Assembly: GCA_964587425.1 (NCBI GenBank)
Contig: CAZPLB010000003.1
Span: forward strand, 60,763-124,762
DNA length: 64,000 nt
Direction of reading: 5' to 3'
Source: an uncultured Gammaproteobacteria bacterium
GTDB taxonomy: Bacteria; Patescibacteriota; Microgenomatia; UBA8517
Both the position numbers and the translations under genes were made by a program. A model generated the notes under the pieces. That model was not told the origin of the DNA and did no database searches. It was given only the letters and a program-made list of their open reading frames with translations. This document shows positions 1-9,055 of the stretch, one piece after another; positions within the stretch are counted from its first letter, which is position 1, and every line of letters starts with the position of its first letter.

Positions 1-149
1 ACCATTTCCAATACACTTCTACCCAAAGTTAAATATTTAATTAAAGTTGTAGCTGTAAGTAAAGACAGTAACTGGAGACAAGATTCAAATATACTCATAT
101 ATTTTGTACCTCTGAAAAAATCCTCCAGATGATATACTAGCCTTGAATT

Positions 150-1193
150 ATGTTCAATAGAATTCTTGGACTCCTGAGTGTTGATATAGGTATTGATCTT
201 GGGACTGCAAACACATTAGTTTGGGTAAAAGGCAAAGGCATTGCCATTAGAGAACCTTCTGCCATTGCCCGCCACAAAAAAACAAAAGCAATACTAGCTG
301 TTGGTGAGGGAGCAAAGAAAATGGTGGGTAGGACTCCCCAGCAAATTGAAGCAATACGTCCGTTAAAAGACGGAGTCATTGCAGACTTTGATGCAACTGC
401 TGCAATGCTCACTCACTATATAAAAAGAGTGCACGAAAAGGGAGGCATAATTCCTGTAATTCCGCGTCCCAGAGTAGTTATTGGAATCCCATCAGGAGTC
501 ACCGAAGTTGAAAGAAGGGCAGTAGCTGACGCTGCCATAGTATCAGGTGCAAGAGAAGCATTTCTAGTTGAAGAGCCAATGGCAGCAGCAATCGGTATGG
601 GACTTCCAGTTGAAGATCCTGGTGGAATTTTTGTTGTAGATATGGGGGGGGGAACAACTGAAATTGCACTAATTTCCTTGGGTGGTGTGGTTGTTGGAAG
701 GTCAGTAAGAATAGCAGGGGATGAAATGGATGAGGCAATCATTAATTATGTGAAGTTAAAGTATTCACTCTTTTTAGGCCAACCTACTGCAGAGAGGGTA
801 AAAATATCAATTGGTCAAGTGGGTGAGGGCAAAGATAAATTTGCAGTAGTAAGAGGGCGTGACTTGGAAACAGGTCTTCCAAAGTCCATCAAACTAACAA
901 GTGGAGAAGTAAAAGAAGCACTCTCTCCAATAATACAAGAAATTGTAATGAGTATAAAAGACACTTTAGAGGAAGCACCCCCAGAATTAGTGTCAGATGT
1001 CTTGGAAAAAGGAATTTATCTGACAGGTGGAACTTCGCTTTTAGAGGGAGTTGGTCCAATGATTGAAGAAATCACAAAAATGAAAGTCATAATGTCTGAA
1101 GACCCCATGACATCGGTCGTTAGAGGCTGCGGCAAGCTTCTTGAGGACAGAGACCTTCTGAAAAGAATGAAAGTAACAAGTGGAATAAAGTAA
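150..1193 (+). CDS. mreB: Rod-shape-determining actin homolog MreB
   Basis: 347-aa ORF with actin/Hsp70-fold phosphate motifs (DIGIDLGTANTLV, DMGGGTTE) and MreB-like sequence end to end. Confidence 0.9.
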   Translation: MFNRILGLLSVDIGIDLGTANTLVWVKGKGIAIREPSAIARHKKTKAILAVGEGAKKMVGRTPQQIEAIRPLKDGVIADFDATAAMLTHYIKRVHEKGGIIPVIPRPRVVIGIPSGVTEVERRAVADAAIVSGAREAFLVEEPMAAAIGMGLPVEDPGGIFVVDMGGGTTEIALISLGGVVVGRSVRIAGDEMDEAIINYVKLKYSLFLGQPTAERVKISIGQVGEGKDKFAVVRGRDLETGLPKSIKLTSGEVKEALSPIIQEIVMSIKDTLEEAPPELVSDVLEKGIYLTGGTSLLEGVGPMIEEITKMKVIMSEDPMTSVVRGCGKLLEDRDLLKRMKVTSGIK

Positions 1194-1234
1194 TACCCAC
1201 TTACAAGATATACTTATATGTTAGTATTACTCAA

Positions 1235-1465
1235 ATGTACACAGCGACAGTCACACAAAAGGGACAGGTGACACTCCCAAAAAAACTCAGAGATAAATTA
1301 AAAATAAAAGCTTACCACAAGGTAACAATTAAAGAGGGAAAAAATCACCTCAAAATCTATCCAAGTGCTGATATATTAGATTTTGCAGGAAAGTTCAAAG
1401 CACCTACTGGAATGACTGCATTAAAGGCTCGGGAGTATATGGAAAACCATTACGAAAGAGCGTAA
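1235..1465 (+). CDS. AbrB/MazE/SpoVT-family swapped-hairpin DNA-binding protein, possibly antitoxin-like
   Basis: 76 aa; N-terminal 'KGQVTLPKKLRDKLKIKAYHKVTI' resembles the AbrB/MazE looped-hinge helix fold. It sits where mreC would normally be. Confidence 0.5.
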   Translation: MYTATVTQKGQVTLPKKLRDKLKIKAYHKVTIKEGKNHLKIYPSADILDFAGKFKAPTGMTALKAREYMENHYERA

Positions 1466-1480
1466 CATCTGTCTTGATAA

Positions 1481-1909
1481 GTGCCCGAACAACACAACAA
1501 CAAAGACCTCAAAAAAATAATAGCTGCAGGCCTTGCCACCCCATTTTTACTTTCTTTCCTGGCAGCTGGTGCAATTGGTATAGGAAGAATATTTAATCAA
1601 TCAGGGACTTTAGAAAAAGGTGATTTTTTACTAAATGAACCATTTCATCTTATTGACGGATGGGGACATGTTCTGACAACACCAGATGAACCATACACAA
1701 TGGTAGTTGTGAGACTAAATCACATAATAGGATTTATATGCCCATATTATATTCCTGGAGCGGGAGCTAACCAGATTTTGGGAACAACAATCAATTGGCC
1801 AATGGATAATGGAAACAAAGCAGTTTATAAAATACCATTAGATACCGACGAAACATTGGTTATGGTAAATATTGTCAGCAGAATGCAAGACGACGACATT
1901 CACTGCTAG
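1481..1909 (+). CDS. Hypothetical single-pass membrane protein in the mreB-PBP2 locus
   Basis: 142 aa with one N-terminal TM helix (IIAAGLATPFLLSFLAAGAIGIG). No recognisable domain, and too short for canonical MreC or MreD. Confidence 0.5.
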   Translation: MPEQHNNKDLKKIIAAGLATPFLLSFLAAGAIGIGRIFNQSGTLEKGDFLLNEPFHLIDGWGHVLTTPDEPYTMVVVRLNHIIGFICPYYIPGAGANQILGTTINWPMDNGNKAVYKIPLDTDETLVMVNIVSRMQDDDIHC

Positions 1910-1927
1910 GGTGTAGAATAATTTGAT

Positions 1928-3397
1928 ATGGAAGGCAAGTTCACCCTATTCTTGAAAGGTATATTAATTCTAGTTTTTTTAATTTTAATTGGCCGTCTTG
2001 CTGAACTTCAAATAATAAAAGGGGAATACTATCAGAGTCTTGCCAACAACAACAGAATTAAAAGAGTATCAATCCCAGCCCCAAGAGGCAATATCAAAGC
2101 ACGAGGAGGGGAAATTCTAGTGGGGACAGAAGATGGTAAAAGATTCTACCCACTTGGAAGTCTAGCTGCCCATTTAACAGGATATGTAGCAAAAGCCCAA
2201 GTAAGTGAGATAGGGAAGGTAGACCCAAGTTGTCCAAACAAAGGTCCAAGGAAAGGTGAGAGTTGGATGGGCAGAACTGGATTGGAGGAAGAATACGATT
2301 GCACTCTTCGAGGAATAGATGGAGAAGAACTTTTGGAAATTGATGCAACAGGTCAAGTAGTTAGAAAACTGGGGCAAGAAAATCCAGTTGCGGGAGCTGA
2401 CATAATGACAACTATCGATTACAGTCTCCAGAAAAAAGTTGGAATGTCCATCAAAGCTGCAGGGGCAATTGTTGCAACCAATGGAGGTGGCCAAATCCTT
2501 GCATTCTATTCCTCCCCATCATTTAATCCAGAAAAAATAGAAAGTTCGCTAAATAACCCACAACTCCCACTTTTCAATCGCGTATTGGATGGTCTTTACC
2601 ATCCTGGTTCCACTTTCAAAATAGTAACTTCAGTAGCCGGTCTTGAAGAAAAGAAAATTGACGAAAACTTTCTCTACAATGACCAGGGAGTAATTAAGAT
2701 TAATGATTTTTCATATTCAAACTGGTACTTCTCACAATATGGAAGAGTAGAGGGAGAAGTAAACCTAACAAAGGCAATTGCCAGGTCAACCGATACGTTC
2801 TTTTACAAACTCGGTGAAATGGTTGGGATAGAGGACCTTGCTGGTTGGTCAGTAAAGTTTGGACTAAACAAAAAGACCGGTGTTGACCTTCCAAATGAAG
2901 CAGAAGGATTAATTCCAGACCCTGCATGGAAGAGAAAAGTAAAAGGGGAACTTTGGTTTCTTGGGGACACTTACAATGTATCAATCGGCCAAGGAGATGT
3001 TGCAATCACACCTCTAGCAGTAAATATGCTAGCCTCAGTCATCGCAAATGGCGGAAAGGTTTGCAAGCCATATATTAATCATAACGTAGAAGGCAGTTGT
3101 AAAGATCTAAATTTAAAACCAGACACATTAAACCTAATAAAAGAAGGAATGAAGGAAGCCTGTTCAACTGGGGGAACAGGAGTACCATTTTTTGGATTCC
3201 AACCCCAAGTAGCATGTAAAACAGGAACTGCAGAAACAAGTGAAAAAGATGTAACCCATGCATGGTTTGCAGTATTTGCCCCAATTGAGAATCCTGAGAT
3301 AGTTCTTGATGTTTTGGTTGAAAAAGGGGGAGAAGGGTCAAAAGTAGCGGCTCCAATTGCAAAAGATATCCTCACTTACTATTTTGGAAGAAAATAA
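1928..3397 (+). CDS. mrdA: Penicillin-binding protein 2 (transpeptidase), short form
   Basis: 489 aa with N-terminal TM anchor. Transpeptidase motifs SXXK (GSTFK) and KTG (KTGTAE) present; dimerisation plus TP domain architecture. Confidence 0.85.
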   Translation: MEGKFTLFLKGILILVFLILIGRLAELQIIKGEYYQSLANNNRIKRVSIPAPRGNIKARGGEILVGTEDGKRFYPLGSLAAHLTGYVAKAQVSEIGKVDPSCPNKGPRKGESWMGRTGLEEEYDCTLRGIDGEELLEIDATGQVVRKLGQENPVAGADIMTTIDYSLQKKVGMSIKAAGAIVATNGGGQILAFYSSPSFNPEKIESSLNNPQLPLFNRVLDGLYHPGSTFKIVTSVAGLEEKKIDENFLYNDQGVIKINDFSYSNWYFSQYGRVEGEVNLTKAIARSTDTFFYKLGEMVGIEDLAGWSVKFGLNKKTGVDLPNEAEGLIPDPAWKRKVKGELWFLGDTYNVSIGQGDVAITPLAVNMLASVIANGGKVCKPYINHNVEGSCKDLNLKPDTLNLIKEGMKEACSTGGTGVPFFGFQPQVACKTGTAETSEKDVTHAWFAVFAPIENPEIVLDVLVEKGGEGSKVAAPIAKDILTYYFGRK

Positions 3398-3406
3398 TGC
3401 CGGTAC

Positions 3407-3435
3407 TTGACAATATGTACATTATGTACTAATAT
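3407..3435 (+). promoter_or_regulatory. Sigma70-like promoter (TTGACA-17-TAATAT) with embedded 13-bp palindrome GTACATTATGTAC
   Basis: TTGACA at 3407-3412, 17-nt spacer, TAATAT at 3430-3435, ATG of phd at 3445. The perfect palindrome 3417-3429 lies in the spacer and is a likely TA autoregulatory operator. Confidence 0.45.
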
Positions 3436-3444
3436 AACTTTATT

Positions 3445-3714
3445 ATGACAACAATAGTTTCTTTCACTGATTTTAGGAACGATCTCTCCAAATACATAGA
3501 TTATTTGAAAAAAGGTAACGAAGTAATCATTAAAAACACAAAGAAGGACGAAGAATTGGTAACTTTGGTGGCAAAAAAGGATGAAGAATTTGATTGGGAT
3601 GAATATATGAAATTTGTAAGAAATTTTAAGCCAGTTTTCACAGACAAGGATGTGGAAGCAATAACAAAAGCAAGAAAAGCAACAAATAAGAGACTAAGAG
3701 ACTTAGATTGGTAA
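3445..3714 (+). CDS. Phd/YefM-family antitoxin
   Basis: 89 aa; N-terminus 'TIVSFTDFRNDLSKYIDYL' is typical of Phd/YefM. Ends 3 nt before the PIN toxin gene. Confidence 0.7.
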   Translation: MTTIVSFTDFRNDLSKYIDYLKKGNEVIIKNTKKDEELVTLVAKKDEEFDWDEYMKFVRNFKPVFTDKDVEAITKARKATNKRLRDLDW

Positions 3715-3717
3715 CAA

Positions 3718-4095
3718 ATGAAAATTATTGTTGATACTTCGGTTATTATTGAGTTTCTTCGTACAGGAAAAGGGGTGTATGTAGACCTCATGGAAAAAGC
3801 TAGTAAAAAATCAGCAGTGGTTTATGTACCTGCAGTGGTAGTTTTGGAACTTTGGAAAGGTCAAAGTATGAAAAATTCAGAGACCGAAAAAAGGGTTGAA
3901 AAAATCTTGTTGCCAATGAAAAGTGTAGATCTTACTAAACAGCTTGCAAAAAAAGCTGGAACAATTATAAGAGAGAATAATATGGATGATTTTTTAGACT
4001 CAGTAGTTGCAGCTGCTGCACTGTATTTAGATGCTAGTGTTGCAACACTTAATAAAAAACATTTCACAAAAATAAAGGGCTTGAAATTACTTTAA
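3718..4095 (+). CDS. vapC: PIN-domain toxin VapC
   Basis: 125 aa; 'KIIVDTSVIIEF' with the conserved acidic Asp near the N-terminus, and later acidic residues typical of PIN; translationally coupled to Phd. Confidence 0.7.
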   Translation: MKIIVDTSVIIEFLRTGKGVYVDLMEKASKKSAVVYVPAVVVLELWKGQSMKNSETEKRVEKILLPMKSVDLTKQLAKKAGTIIRENNMDDFLDSVVAAAALYLDASVATLNKKHFTKIKGLKLL

Positions 4096-4665
4096 CTCAC
4101 TATTTTTGGAGGAATTCATATCTTCCTCAAACAGCTCAGAAAGTTTCAAAAACCCTTCTTTAATACCCTCCGACCATTTTGGCACATATTCCACACCTAC
4201 TGAATCGAATAGTTGAAATATTACAGACACATCTTGCTTAACTTCGGGATAATTTCCATACATCACAACTATTTTTGTACCCGTCAGCGCAGCTTTTAAT
4301 ATACGATTACTCATTTCTCTAAGTGTTGAATCATCAGATGTGGAAACCATATGTATTAGAGCTCCATCAAATTCCTCCTCAGTCAAAGAGACATCAAGAT
4401 GTTTAAAGCTTTGTTTTGAAAAAATTCTGATTCCAGCTCTTGCAATGTAGTCAGGAAGATTATTGGTAATCCACGGAGAATCAATAATTAGTACTTTTTT
4501 ATCTCTAAGTGTCTCAAGCTTTGTTTCGGTTTTTAGTGCTTCAAGCCTCCTAAAAGTTAAGAAGAGTTGATCTAATCTTTTCTCACTGACATCTTTAGAC
4601 ATTCTTCTGTTAACTGATTCCATAGTGTGGTCGATTTTTTCAATTCTTTCATTTCCCAAAGCCAT
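4087..4665 (-). CDS. Hypothetical protein
   Basis: 192-aa ORF with no recognisable motif; convergent with vapC, overlapping it by 9 nt. Confidence 0.45.
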   Translation of the reverse strand: MALGNERIEKIDHTMESVNRRMSKDVSEKRLDQLFLTFRRLEALKTETKLETLRDKKVLIIDSPWITNNLPDYIARAGIRIFSKQSFKHLDVSLTEEEFDGALIHMVSTSDDSTLREMSNRILKAALTGTKIVVMYGNYPEVKQDVSVIFQLFDSVGVEYVPKWSEGIKEGFLKLSELFEEDMNSSKNSELK

Positions 4666-4686
4666 ACCAAGTATTATAGTTAATTA

Positions 4687-5226
4687 ATGACTAAAACAAA
4701 ATTTGCAGTTGCAATTGTTGGTTCAAGACAAATGACCCCAAGAGGAGAAAAACTTGCACGGGAATATTCCACCTACTTAGCAAAAAATAAAGTAACAATA
4801 GTTTCAGGCCTTGCCCGTGGAATTGATACAGTGGCACATAAAGCTGCTCTTGATGCAGGAGGTAAAACAATTGCAGTACTGGGTTCGGGGATTGATATTA
4901 TCTACCCTCCAGAAAATAAAGATCTAGCAGAAGAAATAAAAAAGCATGGTGAATTAATTTCTCCCTTTCCAAAAGGGACAAAACCTCTGGGAAGAAACTT
5001 TTTGGCAAGAAATAAAGTGATAGTAGATTTATCAGATGCAGTTTTAGTAATAGAGGGAAAAAGAAGGAGTGGAACCATTTCAACCGCTAATTGGGCAGCT
5101 GATGCAGGAAAAGAAGTATTTGCAATTCCAGGAAGTGAAGCTACAGATTATTTAATTGAAAACGGAGCAAATATTGCACACTCACCAGAGGATATTTTGA
5201 ACTATCTTAAAACTATGGATATGTAA
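4687..5226 (+). CDS. dprA: DNA-processing protein DprA/Smf (Rossmann-fold core only)
   Basis: 179 aa; 'VAIVGSR...GEKLAREY...VSGLARGIDTVAHKAAL...TIAVLGSGIDIIYPPEN...NFLARNKVI...FAIPG' matches the DprA Rossmann domain nearly motif by motif. Confidence 0.8.
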   Translation: MTKTKFAVAIVGSRQMTPRGEKLAREYSTYLAKNKVTIVSGLARGIDTVAHKAALDAGGKTIAVLGSGIDIIYPPENKDLAEEIKKHGELISPFPKGTKPLGRNFLARNKVIVDLSDAVLVIEGKRRSGTISTANWAADAGKEVFAIPGSEATDYLIENGANIAHSPEDILNYLKTMDM

Positions 5227-5452
5227 CGACCCCAGAAGAAATTAAAAAATAATTCAAAATTATGACGATTCCCAAAACAACAACAACCGATGCCCAAAAC
5301 CTTGCCCTTCTGCCTTTTGTGACAATAATCGGCCTTTTCCACCAATCAGGGAGGTATTTAGGAATATTTGATGAAATAATCTCACCTTTTAAGTAAGCAT
5401 AAGTGCCATAAACGACACTAAGTACCCCAAGTAATAAAATAACAGTTTGCAC
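5213..5452 (-). CDS. Small hypothetical membrane protein
   Basis: 79 aa, two predicted TM helices; occupies the dprA-topA gap. Low confidence. Confidence 0.3.
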   Translation of the reverse strand: MQTVILLLGVLSVVYGTYAYLKGEIISSNIPKYLPDWWKRPIIVTKGRRARFWASVVVVLGIVIILNYFLISSGVVTYP

Positions 5453-5516
5453 ACAGCTATCTTACAACAAAACCGTCCCCTTGACACCTCCTGTAAACTA
5501 AGTTCTACTTAGACCT

Positions 5517-7496
5517 ATGCAATTAATTATTGTTGAGTCGCCAACCAAAGCAAAGACACTTGGTAAATTTCTTGGAAAAGATTACCAGGTAGAGGCAACC
5601 ATGGGCCATATCAAAGATCTCCCCAAGTCAAAGCTTGGAATTGATATTGAAAATAATTTCAAACCAGATTATGTTGAAATGCCAAAGAAAGTTGATACCA
5701 TCAAAAATCTCCAAAAGATAGCTAAAAATGCAGAAGTGATATTTATAGCTACAGACCCTGATCGTGAGGGGGAAGCCATAGCAAGTCATGTCAAAGAAAT
5801 TGTAGGAAATGGTAAAACAAAACGTGTTACCTTCCATGAAATTACAAAGGAAGCTGTTGAAGATGCCATTGCCCACCCAAAGGAAATTGATGAAAACCTA
5901 GTTGATGCACAAATTGGAAGACGAGTGTTAGATCGCCTTGTTGGCTATGAACTCTCTCCCTTGCTATGGAGAAAAATAAGAAGAGGATTGTCAGCAGGCC
6001 GTGTTCAATCAGTTGCAGTAAGACTCATTGTTGAAAAAGAAAAAGAAATTGAAAAGTTTAAAGCAGAGGAATACTGGGAAATATTCTCTGTTGTGAAATC
6101 AAAAAAAGAATTCACAGTTCAGTTGATGAAGACAAAGGTCACAGATAAAAAGAAGGCAGATGAAGTAGTAGGAGACTTAAAAAAAGCAAAACACATCGTC
6201 TCAGGTGTTAAAAAAAGAGAAGTATCAAAAAATCCATATCCACCATTTACCACCTCCACCATGACCCAATCTGGAGCCAGAGTCTTTGGTTGGAGTGCAA
6301 AGAGAACAATGAGTGTAGCCCAGAAGCTATATGAAAAAGGTTTAATTACATATCACAGAACCGACTCAACAAATATTGCTGCTGTTGCCATTACAAAATC
6401 AAGAGATTTCATAAAAACAAATTATGGAGAAAAATATTTACCAGCCACTCCAAAGTTTTACAAAATAAAATCCAAAGTCGCACAGGAAGCCCATGAAGCA
6501 ATTCGTCCAACAAATATAAATAAAGAATTAAGTGAAAAAATCCCAGCTGATTTCAAAAAATTATATGACCTCATTTGGAGAAGATTTATGGCCTGCCAAA
6601 TGAACCCATCCATCTATGATGAAACGGCAATTGATGTCACTGCAAATGAATACAAATTAAGAGCCTCAGGCCAGATAATGAAATTTGATGGATGGAGAAA
6701 AGTAATTCCTTCAAAAATGACAGAAGAAGGCGGTATTGAATTGCCTGAAGTAAAAGCAGGTGAAGAACTCGAGCTTGTAAGAGTTGACTCATTTCAAAAG
6801 TTCACCCAACCGCCAGCTAGATTTAATGAGGCGTCCCTCATTAAAATGCTTGAAAAGTTAGGAATAGGGAGACCTTCAACATATGCCCCAATTATTACTA
6901 CAATTCAAATAAGGCAGTATGTAGAAAAAAAGGAGAGACAGTTTTTTGCAACCTCAGTCGGAATTGCAGTAACAGAATTTCTTCTTGAAAATTTCCCAGA
7001 AGTTCTGGATTACAAATTCACGGCCGATATGGAAGATGATTTAGATAAAGTTGCAAATGGAGAAAGAGACTGGCAGAAAGAAATAAAAACTTTCTACAAG
7101 CCATTTCACAAAAAACTAACAAGTGTCACCAAAAACTCAAAGAGGGTAGCTATCCCCACAGAAAAATTGGGGAGAGAGTGTCCTGAATGTAAAACGGCAA
7201 GAGAGGCAGGGGATAAAAATAGAAATGGGGAATTGGTAATTAGAGTTGGAAGATTTGGAAAATTTATTTCCTGCTCACTCTTTCCAGAATGCAAATACAC
7301 AGAGAAGTTCTTAGAAAAAATAGGGATGACATGCCCGGACTGTAAAGAGGGGGAAGTGATAGTTAAAAAAACTGGAAAAGGAAGACCATTCTTTGGCTGC
7401 AGCCGTTACCCAGATTGTAAATGGGCCAGTTGGAAAAATCCTAAGCTGGCCTCTCAGGATAATAAGTCTCCCAAAAAATCCGATAATGCAGTTTGA
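5517..7496 (+). CDS. topA: DNA topoisomerase I
   Basis: 659 aa; TOPRIM N-terminus 'IIVESPTKAKT', active-site Tyr region, C-terminal Cys4 zinc ribbons (CPECK...C...C, CPDCK...C...C); TGA stop. Confidence 0.9.
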   Translation: MQLIIVESPTKAKTLGKFLGKDYQVEATMGHIKDLPKSKLGIDIENNFKPDYVEMPKKVDTIKNLQKIAKNAEVIFIATDPDREGEAIASHVKEIVGNGKTKRVTFHEITKEAVEDAIAHPKEIDENLVDAQIGRRVLDRLVGYELSPLLWRKIRRGLSAGRVQSVAVRLIVEKEKEIEKFKAEEYWEIFSVVKSKKEFTVQLMKTKVTDKKKADEVVGDLKKAKHIVSGVKKREVSKNPYPPFTTSTMTQSGARVFGWSAKRTMSVAQKLYEKGLITYHRTDSTNIAAVAITKSRDFIKTNYGEKYLPATPKFYKIKSKVAQEAHEAIRPTNINKELSEKIPADFKKLYDLIWRRFMACQMNPSIYDETAIDVTANEYKLRASGQIMKFDGWRKVIPSKMTEEGGIELPEVKAGEELELVRVDSFQKFTQPPARFNEASLIKMLEKLGIGRPSTYAPIITTIQIRQYVEKKERQFFATSVGIAVTEFLLENFPEVLDYKFTADMEDDLDKVANGERDWQKEIKTFYKPFHKKLTSVTKNSKRVAIPTEKLGRECPECKTAREAGDKNRNGELVIRVGRFGKFISCSLFPECKYTEKFLEKIGMTCPDCKEGEVIVKKTGKGRPFFGCSRYPDCKWASWKNPKLASQDNKSPKKSDNAV

Positions 7497-8107
7497 GTTG
7501 CTTGACTATTCCTTTGCCTTGCCTCTCTACTTTTAATTACAACCTCTTTCGACTGAGTGATGGCCAACTTAAGTAATTCTTGAATCTTATCAACTTTATC
7601 CAAATTTGTAGCCACCAATCTTGCAGGTTTATCTTCACATGGAATAAACAACCCACCAAAATGCAAATGTTCAACAGAATCATAAGGCCTTAACTCAACT
7701 CTTTTCCCGTTTGTGTATTCATCGCGATAAGTCTTTTTGAACACATCAAGAATTGTAGGATCAATAAAATGTATAGATGTTGATAACTCGTGATAATCTA
7801 TTACCGCAAAAGCCTGTTGTCCACCTATCTCAAAAGGTATCATCCAACCTACAACTTCACCAAAATCCTCTTGTTCTTCTTTTTTTACTTTGTATTTGTC
7901 AGTATCTGAAGAAACATCCCCAGTATGTTCTACTGAAACTTTCTCAACTTGATCTCTTTTGGGATTCCATAATTCATTCAAAGCACCAGCCTCTTGAAGT
8001 ACTTGGATTGCCTCTTTTGCATGTTTTAAAGTATCTGCGTTATTTATGCCCAGCAACATTTCAAGACCGTTAGCTCCACTATCTTTTTCTTTTGACCCCA
8101 TAGTCAT
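7454..8107 (-). CDS. Hypothetical protein
   Basis: 217-aa ORF with no recognisable domain; its 3' end overlaps the topA 3' end by 43 nt (convergent). Confidence 0.5.
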   Translation of the reverse strand: MTMGSKEKDSGANGLEMLLGINNADTLKHAKEAIQVLQEAGALNELWNPKRDQVEKVSVEHTGDVSSDTDKYKVKKEEQEDFGEVVGWMIPFEIGGQQAFAVIDYHELSTSIHFIDPTILDVFKKTYRDEYTNGKRVELRPYDSVEHLHFGGLFIPCEDKPARLVATNLDKVDKIQELLKLAITQSKEVVIKSREARQRNSQATQTALSDFLGDLLS

Positions 8108-8172
8108 GGATTATATTGGAATTTGCAATTAAATGCAAACGTGTTAGTGGAAGATCGATGCCGCAAAGGATG

Positions 8173-8988
8173 TTAAATCCATTGAGGAAAAGTAACTGGT
8201 CTGCCGTAGCGTTCTGATGAGCCTATTTTGTATTCCGGTATCACAACTTGATCTTCATTTCCCCCCATTGCCATCTGTGTCAATTTAACGGCCAAGTTAT
8301 AACTATTCCTTAATTCTGTTCTTCTTTGTGAAGTAAGTTCTCTCCCTCCCCTAATTCCACCTCTAAAGACTCTCTCAGACAACTCGTAAAGATTAAGAGA
8401 GGAGCTTGAGATAGCAAGTTCACGAATTGCGGCCAGCCCCAATGGCGTGGTGTCTGCGATAATCGAAGCGGTATCGGTCCAAATATTCAATATTGGTAGT
8501 ATCTGACCATGTACATTCCTGGGAGCAAATAAACAAGGTATTTTGAGCCACAAAGGTTGAATATTATATGAATTAATTTTCATAATTTTTTCACGATGAA
8601 CTCTAGTCGGATTTTCTCTGAGTACCTTTTTCATATATTTGGCTCGATGGATATACTCACCATTTAGAAAGTGACCTGGAACAAAGTGTCCATAATGTTT
8701 TATCACTAATTCTGGAATAGCTTCTTGTAACCGAGTAATGCAATTTGTAATTGCCCCATCTCTCCCTTTTGTAGAAAGTCCATGGTTTTGTAATACTACA
8801 TTGTCAAAATAACCATCACATTTCAAAAAAATTCGAAGTACATCAAATTCTAATCGAGTCAAAGGTATTTCTTTTAAGACGGTCTCTGTCTCTAAAAAGA
8901 CAGGATACAACGGAACCCTTTCAGATTTGCGACCCAAAAGTGAATAGGAACTAGAACTTTCACTAATTTCTACATTCATTCTCTCCAT
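8173..8988 (-). CDS. Hypothetical protein; GC visibly above window background
   Basis: 271-aa ORF with no recognisable domain. A hand count of its first 100 nt gives ~45% GC against ~34-39% elsewhere. Confidence 0.5.
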   Translation of the reverse strand: MERMNVEISESSSSYSLLGRKSERVPLYPVFLETETVLKEIPLTRLEFDVLRIFLKCDGYFDNVVLQNHGLSTKGRDGAITNCITRLQEAIPELVIKHYGHFVPGHFLNGEYIHRAKYMKKVLRENPTRVHREKIMKINSYNIQPLWLKIPCLFAPRNVHGQILPILNIWTDTASIIADTTPLGLAAIRELAISSSSLNLYELSERVFRGGIRGGRELTSQRRTELRNSYNLAVKLTQMAMGGNEDQVVIPEYKIGSSERYGRPVTFPQWI

Positions 8989-9017
8989 CGCGAGTATTAT
9001 ATCTAAAAATTAACTCC

Positions 9018-9046
9018 TTGACACACTACGTTAAAAAATATATTAA
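9018..9046 (+). promoter_or_regulatory. Candidate sigma70-like promoter of the dcd-dut-thyX operon (TTGACA-17-TATTAA)
   Basis: TTGACA 9018-9023, 17-nt spacer, TATTAA 9041-9046, start codon at 9056 (near-leaderless). Confidence 0.35.
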
Positions 9047-9055
9047 ATATAGTGC

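Noticed and set aside
416-742. Antisense ORFs inside well-supported genes (for example 416-742, 2094-2494, 2700-3375, 11228-11466, 28105-28413, 43094-45311, 54090-55088, 60671-61180)
   Set aside because: These are shadow ORFs fully contained in strongly conserved coding regions on the opposite strand, and their amino-acid compositions are low-complexity.
5453-5516. Promoter upstream of topA (TTGACA at ~5484)
   Set aside because: No acceptable -10 hexamer sits at 16-18 nt spacing, so it is not reported as a feature.
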